Shown here: one piece after another, positions 47,201-54,100 of the stretch
Position numbering within the stretch: position 1 is the first letter of the stretch
Layout: each line of letters begins with the position of its first letter
Assembly (NCBI GenBank): GCA_965229495.1
Contig: OZ245880.1
Span: forward strand, 2,357,211 to 2,421,210
Length of the DNA stretch: 64,000 bases
Direction: 5' to 3'
From: Gammaproteobacteria bacterium
Lineage (GTDB): Bacteria; Pseudomonadota; Gammaproteobacteria; CBDBNL01; G965229495
Position numbers and translations under genes: made by a program
The notes under the pieces: generated by a model
Database searches by the model: none
Told to the model about the DNA's origin: nothing
Seen by the model: the letters and a program-made list of their open reading frames with translations, nothing else

Positions 47201-47272
47201 ACCACATCCTTCACCACCCTCACCTCCCACCTAATCTACCAACCCCGAAACAACACCTCAACCTCTGAGTAA
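29207..47272 (+). CDS. Giant lipoprotein (6021 aa): ChiN-like x6, cadherin-like x31, Cys-pair Fn3 x about 13, an orphan module, DUF1566/Lcl-C-like domains and a low-complexity tail
   Basis: It is a single ORF in the track with an N-terminal MPKPLLLALTLALAAC lipobox. See the domain sub-features for motif evidence. No Shine-Dalgarno sequence is visible upstream (CCCCCACAATCC ATG). Confidence 0.85.
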   Translation: MPKPLLLALTLALAACDFSSGDSDTSLSSDAPQPNSVSITETSITDNQATVSWSASGPEPAEYWRLYQNNLLVCSANLDIDLSSSDANGDYQQSATCTLTLEEGENSVYVQLCNFSASGSSTCSASSVKQIFYEAADPTPGAVSWQDLPSSTSATSINVTWLKEAGGNGDYWFVYHNEAEACTGDLSYTEDYVAQSADCIVNLDEGVNQLQAELCYDQPAGIQDLCTQSEVASVTLVLDPAKELATPVLDALDDSDHYAEVDININWHKDTSVGSAGEDWSLYRNGAIVCEDLLAADATSASCTIQLTTGDNTLQIELCTDVATYSGASCTQSNTLTVAALDPNPLDPGTPQITNVLPAETFDSTLALNWSIASGNGVQHWSVDLNGAEHCITSSPSEYYESGSCQLNLAVGLNTISVSGCNYGYADRSACSTSTDLILERVSLPGSAELTSSLPATTYEAEHSLSWVRSTGASAEYWFASVLSDFHDNQCNTELSAQTPQSDSCTIELSSGHNEVYVQTCVYNHNRSSSYCAESDSLFAELLAPIPATPELSTESQSIADDSIEIRWSKSSGANGSYWGAINNGAATTCSDQPVITAGDGQSGFCDLPLVVGENLVSVRLCADNVAGTASCAESSTISITRLVASPEFTSLSSVAAEESSTAVFYTAVVEDNDSSAEQISFALSGGDDVDFFRLDSASGALAFQAAVDYEAPQDSDANNVYQLDITATDELGNSAQLELAVSLSNINDNPPSLTTPPPTLATAENDSSIIYTFTASDLDGDALSYSLDGADAQHFTLGATSGALQFNNAPDYETPLDANQDNVYELAISVADGDYQSTEQLSISVSDSNDETPQATSASSIALALDSLVVGATVYTVTAIDTDADDQITYTLGGVDQQHFVLGASSGELAFSQLPSSIDNPQDADGDNIYEILITLTDLGANSSDLNLSVSVVAIIGNAPEFAQATASVDFDENAVGTVYTAVATDADGDALTYSISGDDAEHFAIDATSGVLEFNSAPDHEQPTDSGFDNVYNLIIAAEDPLGNQAQQSLTVSVNDLNDNPPQFASSTAALDASENTTTITTITATDADSAAEHSTLTYSLNSGSDLSLFTIDPTSGALSFNQAPDYESPQDANTDNTYELSITATDSLYTASQELTVTITDVNEAPSFTETSVALATAENNSSFIYTVDAAIDPDQDQTLSYQLSGDDQSAFTLDPATRALAFITTPNYESAKDQDTDNTYQITITATDGEYSASQSIVIAVSDYNDEAPQFTSSNVQAVDYTTVQVGDIIYTAQATDADAGDQITYALGGADGGYFTFDSSSGALAFYYLPALEDFPEGGGIAYDLAITATDLADNKTTLDLVVNLLDDTGSPPEFASASVSIDVDENSPDTIYTAQATDVDAGDTLSYSISGTDRQLFSIDSTSGALAFVTPPNFEQPTDADADNEYHLIITATDSPVGNQAQQSLAITVNNINDNSPQFALSSTTFAIPENSTAITTIAATDADADDLTFSLTNSTDSSLFTLDPTNGTLSFTQAPDFETPQDANTDNTYELELSVFDGANTISQAITITVSNIDEAPSFAVTSQDLSINENSNGSVYQAQATDPEDAPLAYSASGTDAALFTLDSTSGDLAFIIPPNFEQPTDQNTDNIYNLTLTASDGVNQTSQDLAITVADVNEAPTFASASVETSSVENNANFAYSVAAASDVDQDPLTYYLDGADSTAFDFDAGTRVLRFAANPDYENPADQDGDNLYQFSVVASDGALEASQAITITVVDLNDEAPQFTSPNSQTVNYTSAQVGAVIYTATATDADANDQIAYALSGADASAFSFSTTSGALAFAQLPSLTELQSAGGSIVYQLTIVATDLGANSSELALSVSLLDDTGSPPEFAQASASIAVDENIDTTIYTAQATDADGDALSYSLAGTDAQHFTLDATSGALAFVTPPNFEQPTDADADNEYHLIITATDSPVGNQAQQSLAVSVNNLNDNAPQFNLASDAFSVNENSTAVATIAASDPDGDDLTLALIASTDSNYFTLDPTSGALAFTSAPDFENPADDNTDNTYELTLSVFDGVTTISQAITVAVANINEAPSFAAASQDLSLSENSIGSIYQAQATDPEGASLTYSASGTDASLFTLDSSSGDLAFKTEPNFENPLDQDSNNVYELSITAADGANQTSQGITVTVADINEAPIFTNTSVNLDTAENDSSFTHVVDAADDPDQGETLTYQLGGDDAAAFDFDAATRALSFKATPDYESPQDQNSDNTYRLTITAADSQYSTAQTITIAVADLNDEAPQFTSLSSQSVSYTTAKVGDIIYTAQATDSDAGDQVSYTLGGTDSSDFTFNATSGELAFAQLPDLTEFQSAGAGGIAYALTITATDLANNSSALDLTINLVDDTGSAPEFTQASANISVDENVVGVIYQAVASDADSDPVAYSLEGSDAAAFTIDSSSGELSFGSPPDHELPADAGANNVYELTIVATDSPVGNQAQQSLAVTVNNLNDNEPQFALASSAFDVLENSTAVATIAAADADGDDLTFALTNSTDASFFSLDPTSGVLAFTSAPDFENPQDSNADNTYELELSVFDGAHSTNQAITVAVANIDEAPSFAAATQDLSVNENTSGSIYTAQASDPEQAALAYSASGADAGLFTINNTNGDLSFNSSPNFETPLDSDTNNVYQLTITATDGTNQASQAVTVTVADVNEAPIFASASVNLDTDENAASFAHIVDAADDEDQGEQLTYQLGGDDQSAFDFDATTRALSFKQSPDYESPADQDSNNVYQINIVASDSEYDATQAITIAVVDLNDEAPQFTSASSLALDYTSVAVGTTVYTAQATDADANDQITYALSGADASAFSLDNGSGALAFTQAPSLDSPQDADGDNFYQITITATDLNANSTDLALSVNVVDDTGSAPTFDQASASIAVDENVVGAIYTAQATDVDPGDILTYSIAGADSSLFTIGSSNGELTFNTAPDYENPADSGANNTYELSIAATDAIGKQASQSLTITVNNLNDNPPQFALSANSFDVAENSTAVAAIAAADADGDDLTFSLTNSADASFFTLDPTSGALSFTQAPDFENPADDNTDNIYELELSVADGSHTTTQEITITVTNVDEAPAFAATTQDLPINENTSGSFYQAQATDPEQATLTYSASGADASLFTLDSSSGDLGFITPPNYEQPTDQGTDNVYQLDISASDGANQTSQAVTITVADVNEAPSFASASVNIDTDENAASFVHIVDAADDPDQGETLTYQLGGDDAAAFDFDAATRALSFKQSPDYEQPTDQDSNNVYQIDIIASDGEYDTTQSIAIAVTDLNDEAPQFTSASSLALDYTGVVVGAIVYTAQATDADAGDSVVYTLGGADSSAFGFDSSSGALAFVQAPSLETPKDADANNIYQLSISATDLANNRSDLDLSISVVDDTGSAPTFAQASASIAVDENTISTIYTAQATDVDPGDILTYSIDGTDSTLFTIDPSSGDLAFNQAPDYENPADSGQNNTYDLSITATDAIGKQASQSLTITVKNLNDNPPQFALSANSFDVPENTTTITTITATDPDGDDLTFSLTNSTDSNLLTIDPTSGALSFNQAPDFESPADDNDDNTYELELSVADGTHTTTQAITVSVTNVNDVAPSFAAATDSASAPENTSGVVYTASATDIEGDTLTYSLAGTDSSYFTIDPSSGALSLASALDFENPQDQNSNNDYELSITASDGANSASLALTVLIQDLNDNSPAFGSASETIQVPENTSGSIYTASATDLDATDTITYSLSGTDSALLQIDPTSGALSFQQAPDYENPQDQNSNNVYELTITATDTGNNSNQLALTIEILNTSEQPPEITQLIGGDQAIDFTFDDFGTSKQLSIYRFTDDACSTADLASDHTQCYASDDTSGDTARLDFSGALSSADYQVSDSGLRAGQRYYYQIWAAESSSASDIGVWSQRYSAMTWPAADVGTTLGYDASSTGGTQIVLSFVAPSSGDDDYYHFLRHSDPDCASYAAGTALNRADYSDWSALVDPINGGTCSGLTELSLSGTNLHAPSGGASDSHTDSGLAEGTTYYYLLRTVNYSGANGVDFTTRSGASATSNQLQWTTVPPAPAADDLQILSSPAVAADQISIAFASVAGASSYKLVRYIPANCSVADQQISSVEGCSASAGYAEQDFSAAQSSYTDSGLQAGTTYAYQYRALNAAGSSQYSPAVSASTTFDKPTISLASSVSLADANVISVSWSASSGIDSYSILGSSNESCLISATASADPQASAAACEHSINRTATSSATSIDIDQLDDGSALASGSYYYFAAAAVSSSGSSDYSDVASAITAPASPNVISLSPGYRQVEVAWDVPAGSAENVLYRYTDSTCSLSSFPSNCGLDTGSYTFTSSIPNDAYIDDNSGNGLVDNQMYYYALQASNAGGARYTESASVPVVLTAPKTPDSLIASGERLAVQLRWGSSPTDADDGVAGYEILRSSSSTCYGGSISAYADYASCPDAALFLFDYGSGEGQNEYQFSDSDLDPSSGSEPLAGGSTYYYWIRSFYGSPSANDAIYSASTSAPTSATPILPAPANLAVDAEQSASGTSTDISIAWDEVETASGYVLYRTTSADCLTIVNRNTSEAQNDCADYQREELSGSSTTATTHSDLPSDTIYYYYVAAANSAVEGELSSALSTRSATVAPTITSTQTYSNTVVRVEWDASSDYDATYHLYAYSGDSSCNPFTAECPHESLTTFTADGSSDYYNYAQQLEPGTHYNFKMLAITEYEQEDGTEDFVHGAISSAAATATTAANHPTITGHEYVDYDYFDLFVSIEGGLDSVLYWVLYTLDPNCSVNDVIAGQCALGGQLGTAEPASSIRLANYDFGVYYYVLSLNSEDYSLLTPDEDTPPYLVPGRPAQVELSVNATKNSSGNGSDVKIEWQQSSGVDGYVLYRTTSSGCITDSDRSGTNCEDYQRQEISGSSTTSITHSNLPNDTIYHYSVATISNGSEGALSESIGTHTATSAPPIVDVITYNESQIEVTWWATSAFETDYYIYAYSGDASCDPHAEVCPGEKLVSVAFDFSAEYTTVFTGLTPGTRYNFKAYSNVAYNQENGGTDYIVGYISETAKTNYTFANHPTITGHQENDDGDILLEFAIDGGTDDLTYYIFRTTNGDCTISEVVNSESKCTDLGTATATPEQNIIFHKVDDNDYYYHVISANPLGPLAWDDSVAPYYIASYVVVKDIDVEMTHLVAHSNSDFITIDFVAAEPIPADNKWTMRMYPPLIENSEVEEFVLTDEQINGDSALAFQIKPQYYFQPHAFELYASRLDDTDYILLASFIVWDIQPPPLVAVEKNADSNKYSEEKDFDIYILHYHDDFDVSSVVGIETLKADITMIFTDADAVFCRPPYVPIVDMIYGNCPLVRSYSEFDGSELLFNRVAGDTGNQLLHDVVVSSNETFQASQGLFQVYDITFAGTTPIYDDQDDPWSFFMGPYISSFTIDTDFGKYSLDYEEAFSYLSIELAFGDDEMAEFQVYGSSSSNALLPTPTLVLSPALLSQGLSAGSAYNSWDLHLLWEAINGINSYAIHEYSDSDCAYLLSAPELCGNYNLHSSLSPDFSHAFAAADMGSYFYYRLQAYDAAGNSSELGEQIAVHIPQALNDSGVDICVVSDALSGAQDCASGRDANVAASAKVGSGSAGFDFSLLETEADASASSDSHCVHDNTTGLSWSSWSVPADELASAADPETNATRSSATFAELATITLDACGYSDWSLPSIHELLSIADYNQSEAKIDSSFFTDFNSSQPSYWSASGHILDFSSGDISLEANASAAHSVLLVRGDRRWGHDFGAERFQLVEHIDDGNTSIHLVYDNHSQLHYAPCLAGQSYDPVNHSCLGAPTELDYIDSLNAYDSNSTWRQPNIKELIAILDPTHNLLPNPTYFPNPTSTSDPNSSSDSNSTSDSSNDFSSDTVSASTTSSPYPAPIFILTPSSQSSDHITGRQLNPNNQSTTPTTSFTTLTSHLIYQPRNNTSTSE
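29306..31136 (+). other. Six modules of about 95-100 aa, each with four conserved Cys, resembling the chitinase A N-terminal (ChiN, Ig/Fn3-like) domain
   Basis: The recurrent pattern is hxhxW...G....(Y)W.hY.N(G)...C......C.h.L..G.N.h.V.LC.......C..S. Examples: VSWSASGPEPAEYWRLYQNNLLVC...CTLTLEEGENSVYVQLCNFSASGSSTCSAS and ININWHKDTSVGSAGEDWSLYRNGAIVC...CTIQLTTGDNTLQIELC...CTQS. The pattern is compared from memory with Serratia ChiA (VSWNLWNGDTG..VLLNG...GRYQMQVALCNADGCTAS). Confidence 0.5.
31140..40770 (+). repeat. 31 tandem cadherin-like repeats of about 103 aa, organised from about 33320 in a five-repeat super-unit of about 1550 nt
   Basis: Boundary motifs follow the cadherin DxNDNxPxF type: VNDLNDNPPQF, ADVNEAPSF, VDLNDEAPQF, LLDDTGSPPEF. 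Internal motifs include ENxxxxxxIYTAQATDxDxxDxLTYSLxGxDxxxFxLDxxSGxLxF and PDYExPxDxxxDNxYxLxIxAxD. Confidence 0.85.
40780..44870 (+). other. Twelve Fn3-like modules, each carrying a conserved Cys pair in an insertion loop
   Basis: The repeated pattern is hxhxW......(Y)xhYR.....C...(5-25 aa)...C......D.GL..GT.YYY. Examples: YRFTDDACSTADLASDHTQC, VRYIPANCSVADQQISSVEGC, YRTTSADCLTIVNRNTSEAQNDC. Confidence 0.65.
44870..45800 (+). other. AT-rich orphan module of about 310 aa with no motif I recognise
   Basis: The sequence runs ASYVVVKDIDVEMTHLVAHSNSDFITIDF...YDITFAGTTPIYDDQDDPWSFFMGPYISSFTIDTDFGKYSLDYEEAF. Hand-counted 60-nt lines give 27-37% GC here, against about 70% at 46201. Confidence 0.5.
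46136..46955 (+). other. DUF1566 / Lcl C-terminal-like domain plus a second, apparently truncated copy
   Basis: Family-typical motifs: LNDSGVDICV...DCASGRDA, CVHDNTTGLSWS, GYSDWSLPSIHELLSI and YWSAS. The second copy has C..G......C.G.. and STWRQPNIKELIAILDP, then runs directly into low-complexity sequence. Confidence 0.6.
46956..47269 (+). repeat. G-depleted low-complexity tail (Pro/Ser/Thr/Asn-rich) of giant lipoprotein 1
   Basis: THNLLPNPTYFPNPTSTSDPNSSSDSNSTSDSSNDFSSD...TTPTTSFTTLTSHLIYQPRNNTSTSE. The + strand has very few G bases over about 315 nt. Confidence 0.8.
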
Positions 47273-47282
47273 AGCCTCTGAT

Positions 47283-47490
47283 AGCACGCTATCCTGGGAG
47301 CGGCCTGGGAGCGCGAGCGTCTCGCTCGCCGCATAAAAAGTGAGCGCGCCAGCGCTCGACCTTCAGGCAAATAAGCTGCTCTTAGCAGCGGATCCTAGGG
47401 TTGGCTGGTATCGCCGACTTGCACTCGGCATGGGGGCGGCTTGGAGCGCCGACTTGTAGTCGGCAGGAGGCGAGCTTGCGAGCCTCCCCA
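47283..47490. repeat. REP/BIME-like repeat cluster 4, at the junction between the two giant lipoprotein paralogs
   Basis: It contains an H1 hairpin GCGAGCG-TCT-CGCTCGC at 47313-47329, then ATAAAAAG and a GAGCGC-GCCA-GCGCTC hairpin at 47342-47357. H2 copies lie at 47413-47429 (hybrid arms) and 47448-47464, followed by GGAGGCGAGCTTGCGAGCCTCC. Confidence 0.85.
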
Positions 47491-47660
47491 CCACCCAACC
47501 CACCACCTCTTCCTCGCCCTGCCAGGAGCCAAGCCCACCCGCCTCCCCACCACTTCATAAAACCACAGACACACAGATACACACAAATTAACTTATCAAC
47601 ACCACAGACCCTCTGCCAAATCACCTCTCCAACCACCAATTATCCACCCTACACACCCCC

Positions 47661-47924
47661 CAACCGCACAAAATTACGCTATACTCACAAAACTAAAAAA
47701 TTAGTTTCTCAGCAACCAGGAATAAATAAAGGCATTATTAAACAGGCATATATCTTATCCTGCTAAGATTTTGAAAAACCTAATAATAATCTGTTTAAGC
47801 AATATTCCTTATGCCCAAAATAAAAAGCTCAGAAATAATTTAAGCGCCGCCAACACAAACAATATAAAGCTCAGGCACCAGCGGCGCGCCATTAACTAAA
47901 GTCAACGCCATTTCAGCAGCGACC
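47661..47924 (+). promoter_or_regulatory. Paralogous copy of the conserved AT-rich leader, upstream of giant lipoprotein gene 2
   Basis: It aligns with 28721-28996 (CAACCGCACAAAATTACGCTATACTCACAAAACTAAAAAATTAGTT...). Confidence 0.5.
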
Positions 47925-48068
47925 GACACACCTCCACAGTACAACCAACGTGGTGCCGTGTGCGTTTCGCCCGCCGTATAAGCCGTATAAAAAGTAAACC
48001 CAACAGATTCAACATCATTCCCTAAAACACCAACAACCCATCGCTGTTATCCAACACCCCACAATCCC

Positions 48069-48116
48069 ATGCCCAAATTACTCCTGCTTCTCCTCACGCT
48101 CGCTCTCGTCGCCTGC
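48069..48116 (+). other. Lipoprotein signal peptide with lipobox L-V-A-C (Cys16) and Asp at +2
   Basis: The TGC codon at 48114-48116 is followed by GAC. Confidence 0.75.
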
Positions 48117-51100
48117 GACTCCTCCAGCGTAGATACCCCAGTCTCCAGCGACGCACCGCAGCCCAACCCAGTCAGCATCACCGAAACGTCGATCACCGAT
48201 AACCAAGCCACAGTCAGTTGGAGCGCCAGCGGCCCCGAACCCGCCGAATACTGGCGCCTATATCAAAATAACCTCCTGGTCTGCTCGGCAAATCTCGACA
48301 TCGACCTCAGCGCCTCCGACACCAACGGCGACTACCAACAAAGCGACGCCTGCACACTAACCCTCGAAGAAGGCGAGAACAGCGTCTACGTCCAGCTCTG
48401 CAATTTTTTCGCCAGCGGCTCCAGCACCTGCTCGTCGTCGTCGACTGAACAAATCTTCTACGAAGCCGCCGACCCCACTCCCGGTGCCGTCTCTTGGCAA
48501 GACCTCCCCAGCAGCACCAGCGCCACCAGCATCAACGTAACCTGGCTAAAAGAAGCGGGCGGCAACGGCGACTATTGGTTTGTTTACCACAACGACGCCC
48601 AAGCCTGCACTGGCGACCTAAGCTACACCGAAGACTACGTCGCCCAAAGCGCCGATTGCGTCGTCAATCTCGACGAAGGCGTCAACCAGCTCCAAGCCGA
48701 GCTCTGCTACGACCAACCAGCCGGCATCCAAGACCTGTGCACGCAATCCGAAGTCGCCAGCGTAACCCTGGTCCTCGACCCCGCCAAAGAGCTGGCAACC
48801 CCCGTGCTCGACGCCCTCGACGAGTCCGACCACTACGCTGCAGTCGACATCAACATCAATTGGCACAAAGACACCAGCGTCGGCAGCGCCGGCGAAGATT
48901 GGTCGTTGTACAGCAACGGCGCCATCGTCTGCGAAGACCAGCTCGCCGCCGACGCCACCAGCGCCAGTTGCACAATCCAATTAACCACAGGCGACAACAC
49001 CCTACAAATCGTGCTCTGCACCGACGTCGCCACCTATTCCGGCGCCAGTTGTGCGCAATCGAACACGCTCACCGTCGCCGCCCTCGACCCCGACCCCCTC
49101 GACCCAGGAACCCCACAAATCACCAACGTCCTCCCCGCCGAAACCTTCGACAGCACCCTGGCGTTGAATTGGTCGATTGCCAGCGGCAACGGCGTCCAGC
49201 ATTGGAGCGTCGACCTGAACGGCGCCGAGCATTGCATCACCAGCAGCCCCAGCGAATACTACGAATCCGGCTCCTGCCAGCTCAACCTCGCCGTCGGCCT
49301 CAACACCATCAGCGTCAGCGGTTGCAATTATGGCTACGCCGACCGCAGCGCCTGCAGCACCAGCAATGACCTGATACTCGAGCGCATCTCGCTCCCGGGC
49401 AGCGCCGAGCTCACCTCCAGCTTACCGACCACCACCTACGATGCCGAGCACAGCCTCAGCTGGGTGCGTAGCACCGGCGCCAGCGCCGAGTACTGGTTCG
49501 CCAGCGTGCTAAGCGATTTTCACGACAACCAGTGCAATACCGAGCTCAGCGCGCAAACCCCGCAAAGCGATTCCTGCACGATCGAACTCAGCAGCGGTCA
49601 TAACGAAGTCTACGTCCAAACCTGCGTTTACAACCACAACCGCAGCTCCTCGTACTGCGCCGAATCCGACAGCCTATTCGCCGAGCTGCTAGCGCCGATC
49701 CCCACCACCCCCGAGCTCAGCACCGAATCGCAGAGCATAGCCGACGACAGCATCGAGATTAGATGGAGCAAAAGCTCGGGCGCCAACGGCAGCTATTGGG
49801 GCGCTATTAACAACGGCGGCGCCACCACTTGCTCCGATCAGCCAGTGATCACCGCTGGCGACGGCCAATCGGGCTTTTGCGACCTACCGTTGACCGTAGG
49901 CGAGAACCTGGTCAGCGTTCGCCTTTGCGCCGATAACGTCGCCGGCACCGCCTCCTGCGCCGAATCCAGCACCATCAGCATCACCCGCCTGGTCGCCTCT
50001 CCCGAATTCACCAGCTTATCGTCGGTTGCCGCCGAAGAAAACAGCACAGCGGTCTTCTACACCGCAGTTGTCGAAGACAACGACAGCAGCGCCGAGCAAA
50101 TCAGCTTCGCCCTCAGCGGCGGCGAAGATGTCGACTTCTTTCGCCTCGACAGCGCCAGCGGCGCGCTCGCCTTCCAAGCAGCAGTCGACTACGAAGCACC
50201 GCAAGACAGCGACGCCAACAACGTCTACCAACTCGACATCACAGCCACCGACGAACTCGGCAACTCGGCGCAACTCGAGCTCGCGGTCAGCCTCAACAAT
50301 ATCAACGATAACCCACCAGCCCTCACCACCCCACTGCCAACCCTCACCACCGCCGAGAACGACAGCAGCATCATCTACACCTTCACTGCCAGCGACCTCG
50401 ACGGCGACGCTCTCAGCTACAGCCTCGACGGCGCCGACGCCCAGCACTTCACCCTCGGCACCACCAGCGGCGCGCTGCAATTCGACCACGCCCCCGATTA
50501 CGAAACCCCGCTCGACGCCAACCAGGACAACGTCTACGAACTCGCCATCAGCGTCGCCGACGGCGACTATCAAAGTACCGAACAGCTCAGTATCAGCGTT
50601 AGCGATAGCAACGACGAAACCCCGCAAGCCACCAGCGCCTCCTCCATAGCGCTCGCGCTCGATAGCTTAGTCGTCGGCGCCACCGTCTACACCGTAACCG
50701 CCATTGATACCGACGCCGACGACCAAATCACCTACACCCTCGGCGGCGTCGACCAGCAACACTTCGTCCTCGGCGCCAGCAGCGGCGAACTCGCCTTCAG
50801 CCAATTACCGTCGAGCATCGACAATCCCCAGGACGCCGACGGCGACAACATCTATGAAGTAATCATCACCCTCACCGACCTCGGCGCCAATTCCAGCGAT
50901 CTCAACCTCAGCGTCAGCGTCGTCGCCATTATCGGCAATGCCCCCGAATTTGCCCAAGCCACAGCCAGCGTCGACTTCGACGAAAACGCCGTCGGCACCG
51001 TCTACACCGCCAGCGCCACCGACGCCGACGGCGACGCCCTCACCTACAGCATCGCTGGCGACGACGCCGAGCACTTCGCCATCGATGCCGCCAGCGGCGT

Positions 51101-54100
51101 CCTCGCCTTCAACTCAGCCCCCGACCACGAGCAACCCACCGACAGCGGCTTCGACAACGTCTACAACCTCATCATCGCCGCCGAAGACCCCCTCGGCAAC
51201 CAGGCGCAGCAAAGCCTAACAGTATCGGTCAACGACCTCAACGACAACCCCCCACAATTCGCCGCCAGTACAGCGGCACTCGACGCCAGCGAAAACACCA
51301 CCACCATCACCACCATCACCGCCACCGACGCCGACAGCGCCGCCGAACACGCCACCCTAACTTACAGCCTCGACAGCGGCAGCGACCTCAGCCTCTTCAC
51401 CATCGACGCTGCTAACGGCGCCCTAAGCTTCAACTCAGCCCCCGACTACGAACACCCGCACGATAGCGACCTCGACAACATCTATAACGTCAGCATCGTC
51501 GCCACCGACGGCGAGTACAGCGCCAGCCTTGGCGTCAGCGTCGTCGTCGAAGATAGCAACGACGAAGCCCCACAATTCACCAGCGCCGCCCTGGTACCGC
51601 TCGATTACAGCACCATCACCCTCGACGCCACCATCTACACCGCGACCACCAGCGACGCCGACCGCAACGACCTCATCAGCTACAGCCTCGCCACCAGCAG
51701 CGATACCGAGCACTTCAGCCTCAGCGCCAGCGGCGCGCTCGCCTTCGTCCAGCAGCCCAGCCTCGATAACCCGCAAGACGCCGACGCCGACAACGAATAC
51801 CAAATCACCATCGTCGCCACCGACCTCGGCGACAACAACAGCAGCCTCGAGCTCGCCGTCCGAGTAGTCGACGACCTCGGCAACGCCCCCGAATTCGCCA
51901 GCGCCAGCGCCAGCCTCAGCGTCGACGAAAACAACGCCAGCAGCATCTACTTCGCTCAAGCCACCGACGCCGACGGCGATACCCTGACTTACAGCATCAA
52001 CGGCGTCGATTCACACCTCTTCACCCTCGACCCCGCCAGCGGCGCCCTGAGCTTTAACCAAGCACCCGACTACGAGCAACCCACCGACAGCGGCGCCGAT
52101 AACACCTACGACCTCACCATCGCCGCCGAAGACCCCCTCGGCAACCGAGCCCAACAAAGCCTCGCCATCACAGTCAACAACCTCAACGACAACGACCCGC
52201 AATTCACCCTCAGCTCCAGCACCTTCGCCATCCCCGAAAACACCACCGCCATCACCACCATCACCGCCACCGACGCCGACCACGCCACCGAAGCCACCGA
52301 AGCCCTCACCTACACCCTCACCACCACCACCGACTCCCCCCTCTTCACCCTCGACCCCGCCAGCGGCGCCCTAAGCTTCATCTCAGCCCCCGATCACGAA
52401 GCCCCCCAAGACGCAGACACCGACAACACCTACGACCTCACCCTCAGCGTCTCCGACGGCGCCAACGCCACCAGCCAAGCCATCAGCGTAGCAGTTACCA
52501 ACGTCAACGAAGCCCCGACCTTCGCCGCCGCCAGCATCGATCTGGAGATTGACGAGAGCAGCAGCGGCGTCATCTATAGCTTCGCCGCCAGCGACCTCGA
52601 CGGCGACAGCCTCAGCTACAGCCTCGACGGCGCCGACGCCCAGCACTTCGCCATCGACTCCGCCAGCGGCGCCCTAAGCTTCCAGCAAGCCGCCGACTTC
52701 GAGTCCCCGCGCGACGCCGACGGCGACAGCGTCTACACCTTCAGCGTCGTCGCCGCCGATAGCGATTACAGCGCCAGCCAGGAAGTCAACCTCAGCGTCG
52801 CCGATAGCAACGACGAGGCGCCGCAAATCACCAGCGGCACCAGCGTCGCCGTCGATTACAGCGTCATCGTCCTCGGCGCCACCATTTACGCCGCCACTGC
52901 CACCGACGCCGATGCCAACGACCAAATCGCCTACAGCCTCGACGGCGTCGACGCCGAGCATTTCTCTATCAATATCAGCAATGGCGGCCTCAGCTTCGCG
53001 CAGCAGCCGAGCTTGGATGCGCCCGTAGACGCCGACGGCGACAATCAATACCAAATCGCCATCGTCGCCACCGACCTCGCCGCCAACAGCAGCAGCCTTG
53101 AGCTAACGGTCAACGTAATCGACGACATCGGCAGCCCGCCGCAATTCGCCACCGATACCGCCGCTGCCAGCTTCGCCGAGAACGGCGTCGGCATCGTCTA
53201 CACCGCGCAAGCCACCGACGTCGATGGCGACGTCCTCACCTACAGCATCGCCGGCACCGACGCCGCGCACTTCGCCATCAACGCCGCCAGCGGCGTAATC
53301 ACCTTCAACATAGCCCCCAACTTTGAGGCCCCGCTCGATAGCGGCTTCGATAATAACTACGAGCTCATCGTCGGCGCCCAGGATCCGGTCGGCAACCAGG
53401 GCCAGCAAAGCCTCACGGTCGCGGTGAGCAATGTCAACGACAACGACCCAGCCTTCGCCGAGGCCACCATTAGCACCACGGTCGCCGAGAACTCCCTCGC
53501 CGTCGCCAGCACCAGCGCCAGCGACGCCGACGGCGACGACCTCACTTACGCCCTCGCCACCAGTGCCGACGCCGCGCACTTCACCATCGACCCCAGCAGC
53601 GGCGTTATCGTCTTCAATTCAGAGCCCGACTACGAAGAGCCCCAGGATAGCGACGGCAACAATGTCTACGAGTTCAGCGTCATAGCCAGCGACGGCACTT
53701 ACAGCGGCGCCCAGGATTTCGCCGTTGCCATTGGCGATCTTAACGACGAAGCCCCGCAATTCACCAGCGCCACGTCCATCGCCGTCGAATACGATAGCGT
53801 CATCGTCGGCTTCTCCAGCGTCATCCTCGGCGCCGCCGTCTACACCGCGCAGACCGCCGACGCCGACGCCGGCGACCAAGTCGCCTACAGCCTCGCCGGC
53901 GCCGACGCCGGGCATTTCAATATAGACGCGACTAGCGGCGCGCTCGCCTTCAGCGCATCGCCCAGTTTAGAGAGCCCGCAAGACGCCGACGGCGACAACG
54001 AATACCAGGTCAGCATCGTTGCTACCGACCTCGCCGCCAACAGCAGCAGCTTGGATTTGAGCGTCCACGTCGCCGACGACATCGGCAGCCCGCCGGCCTT

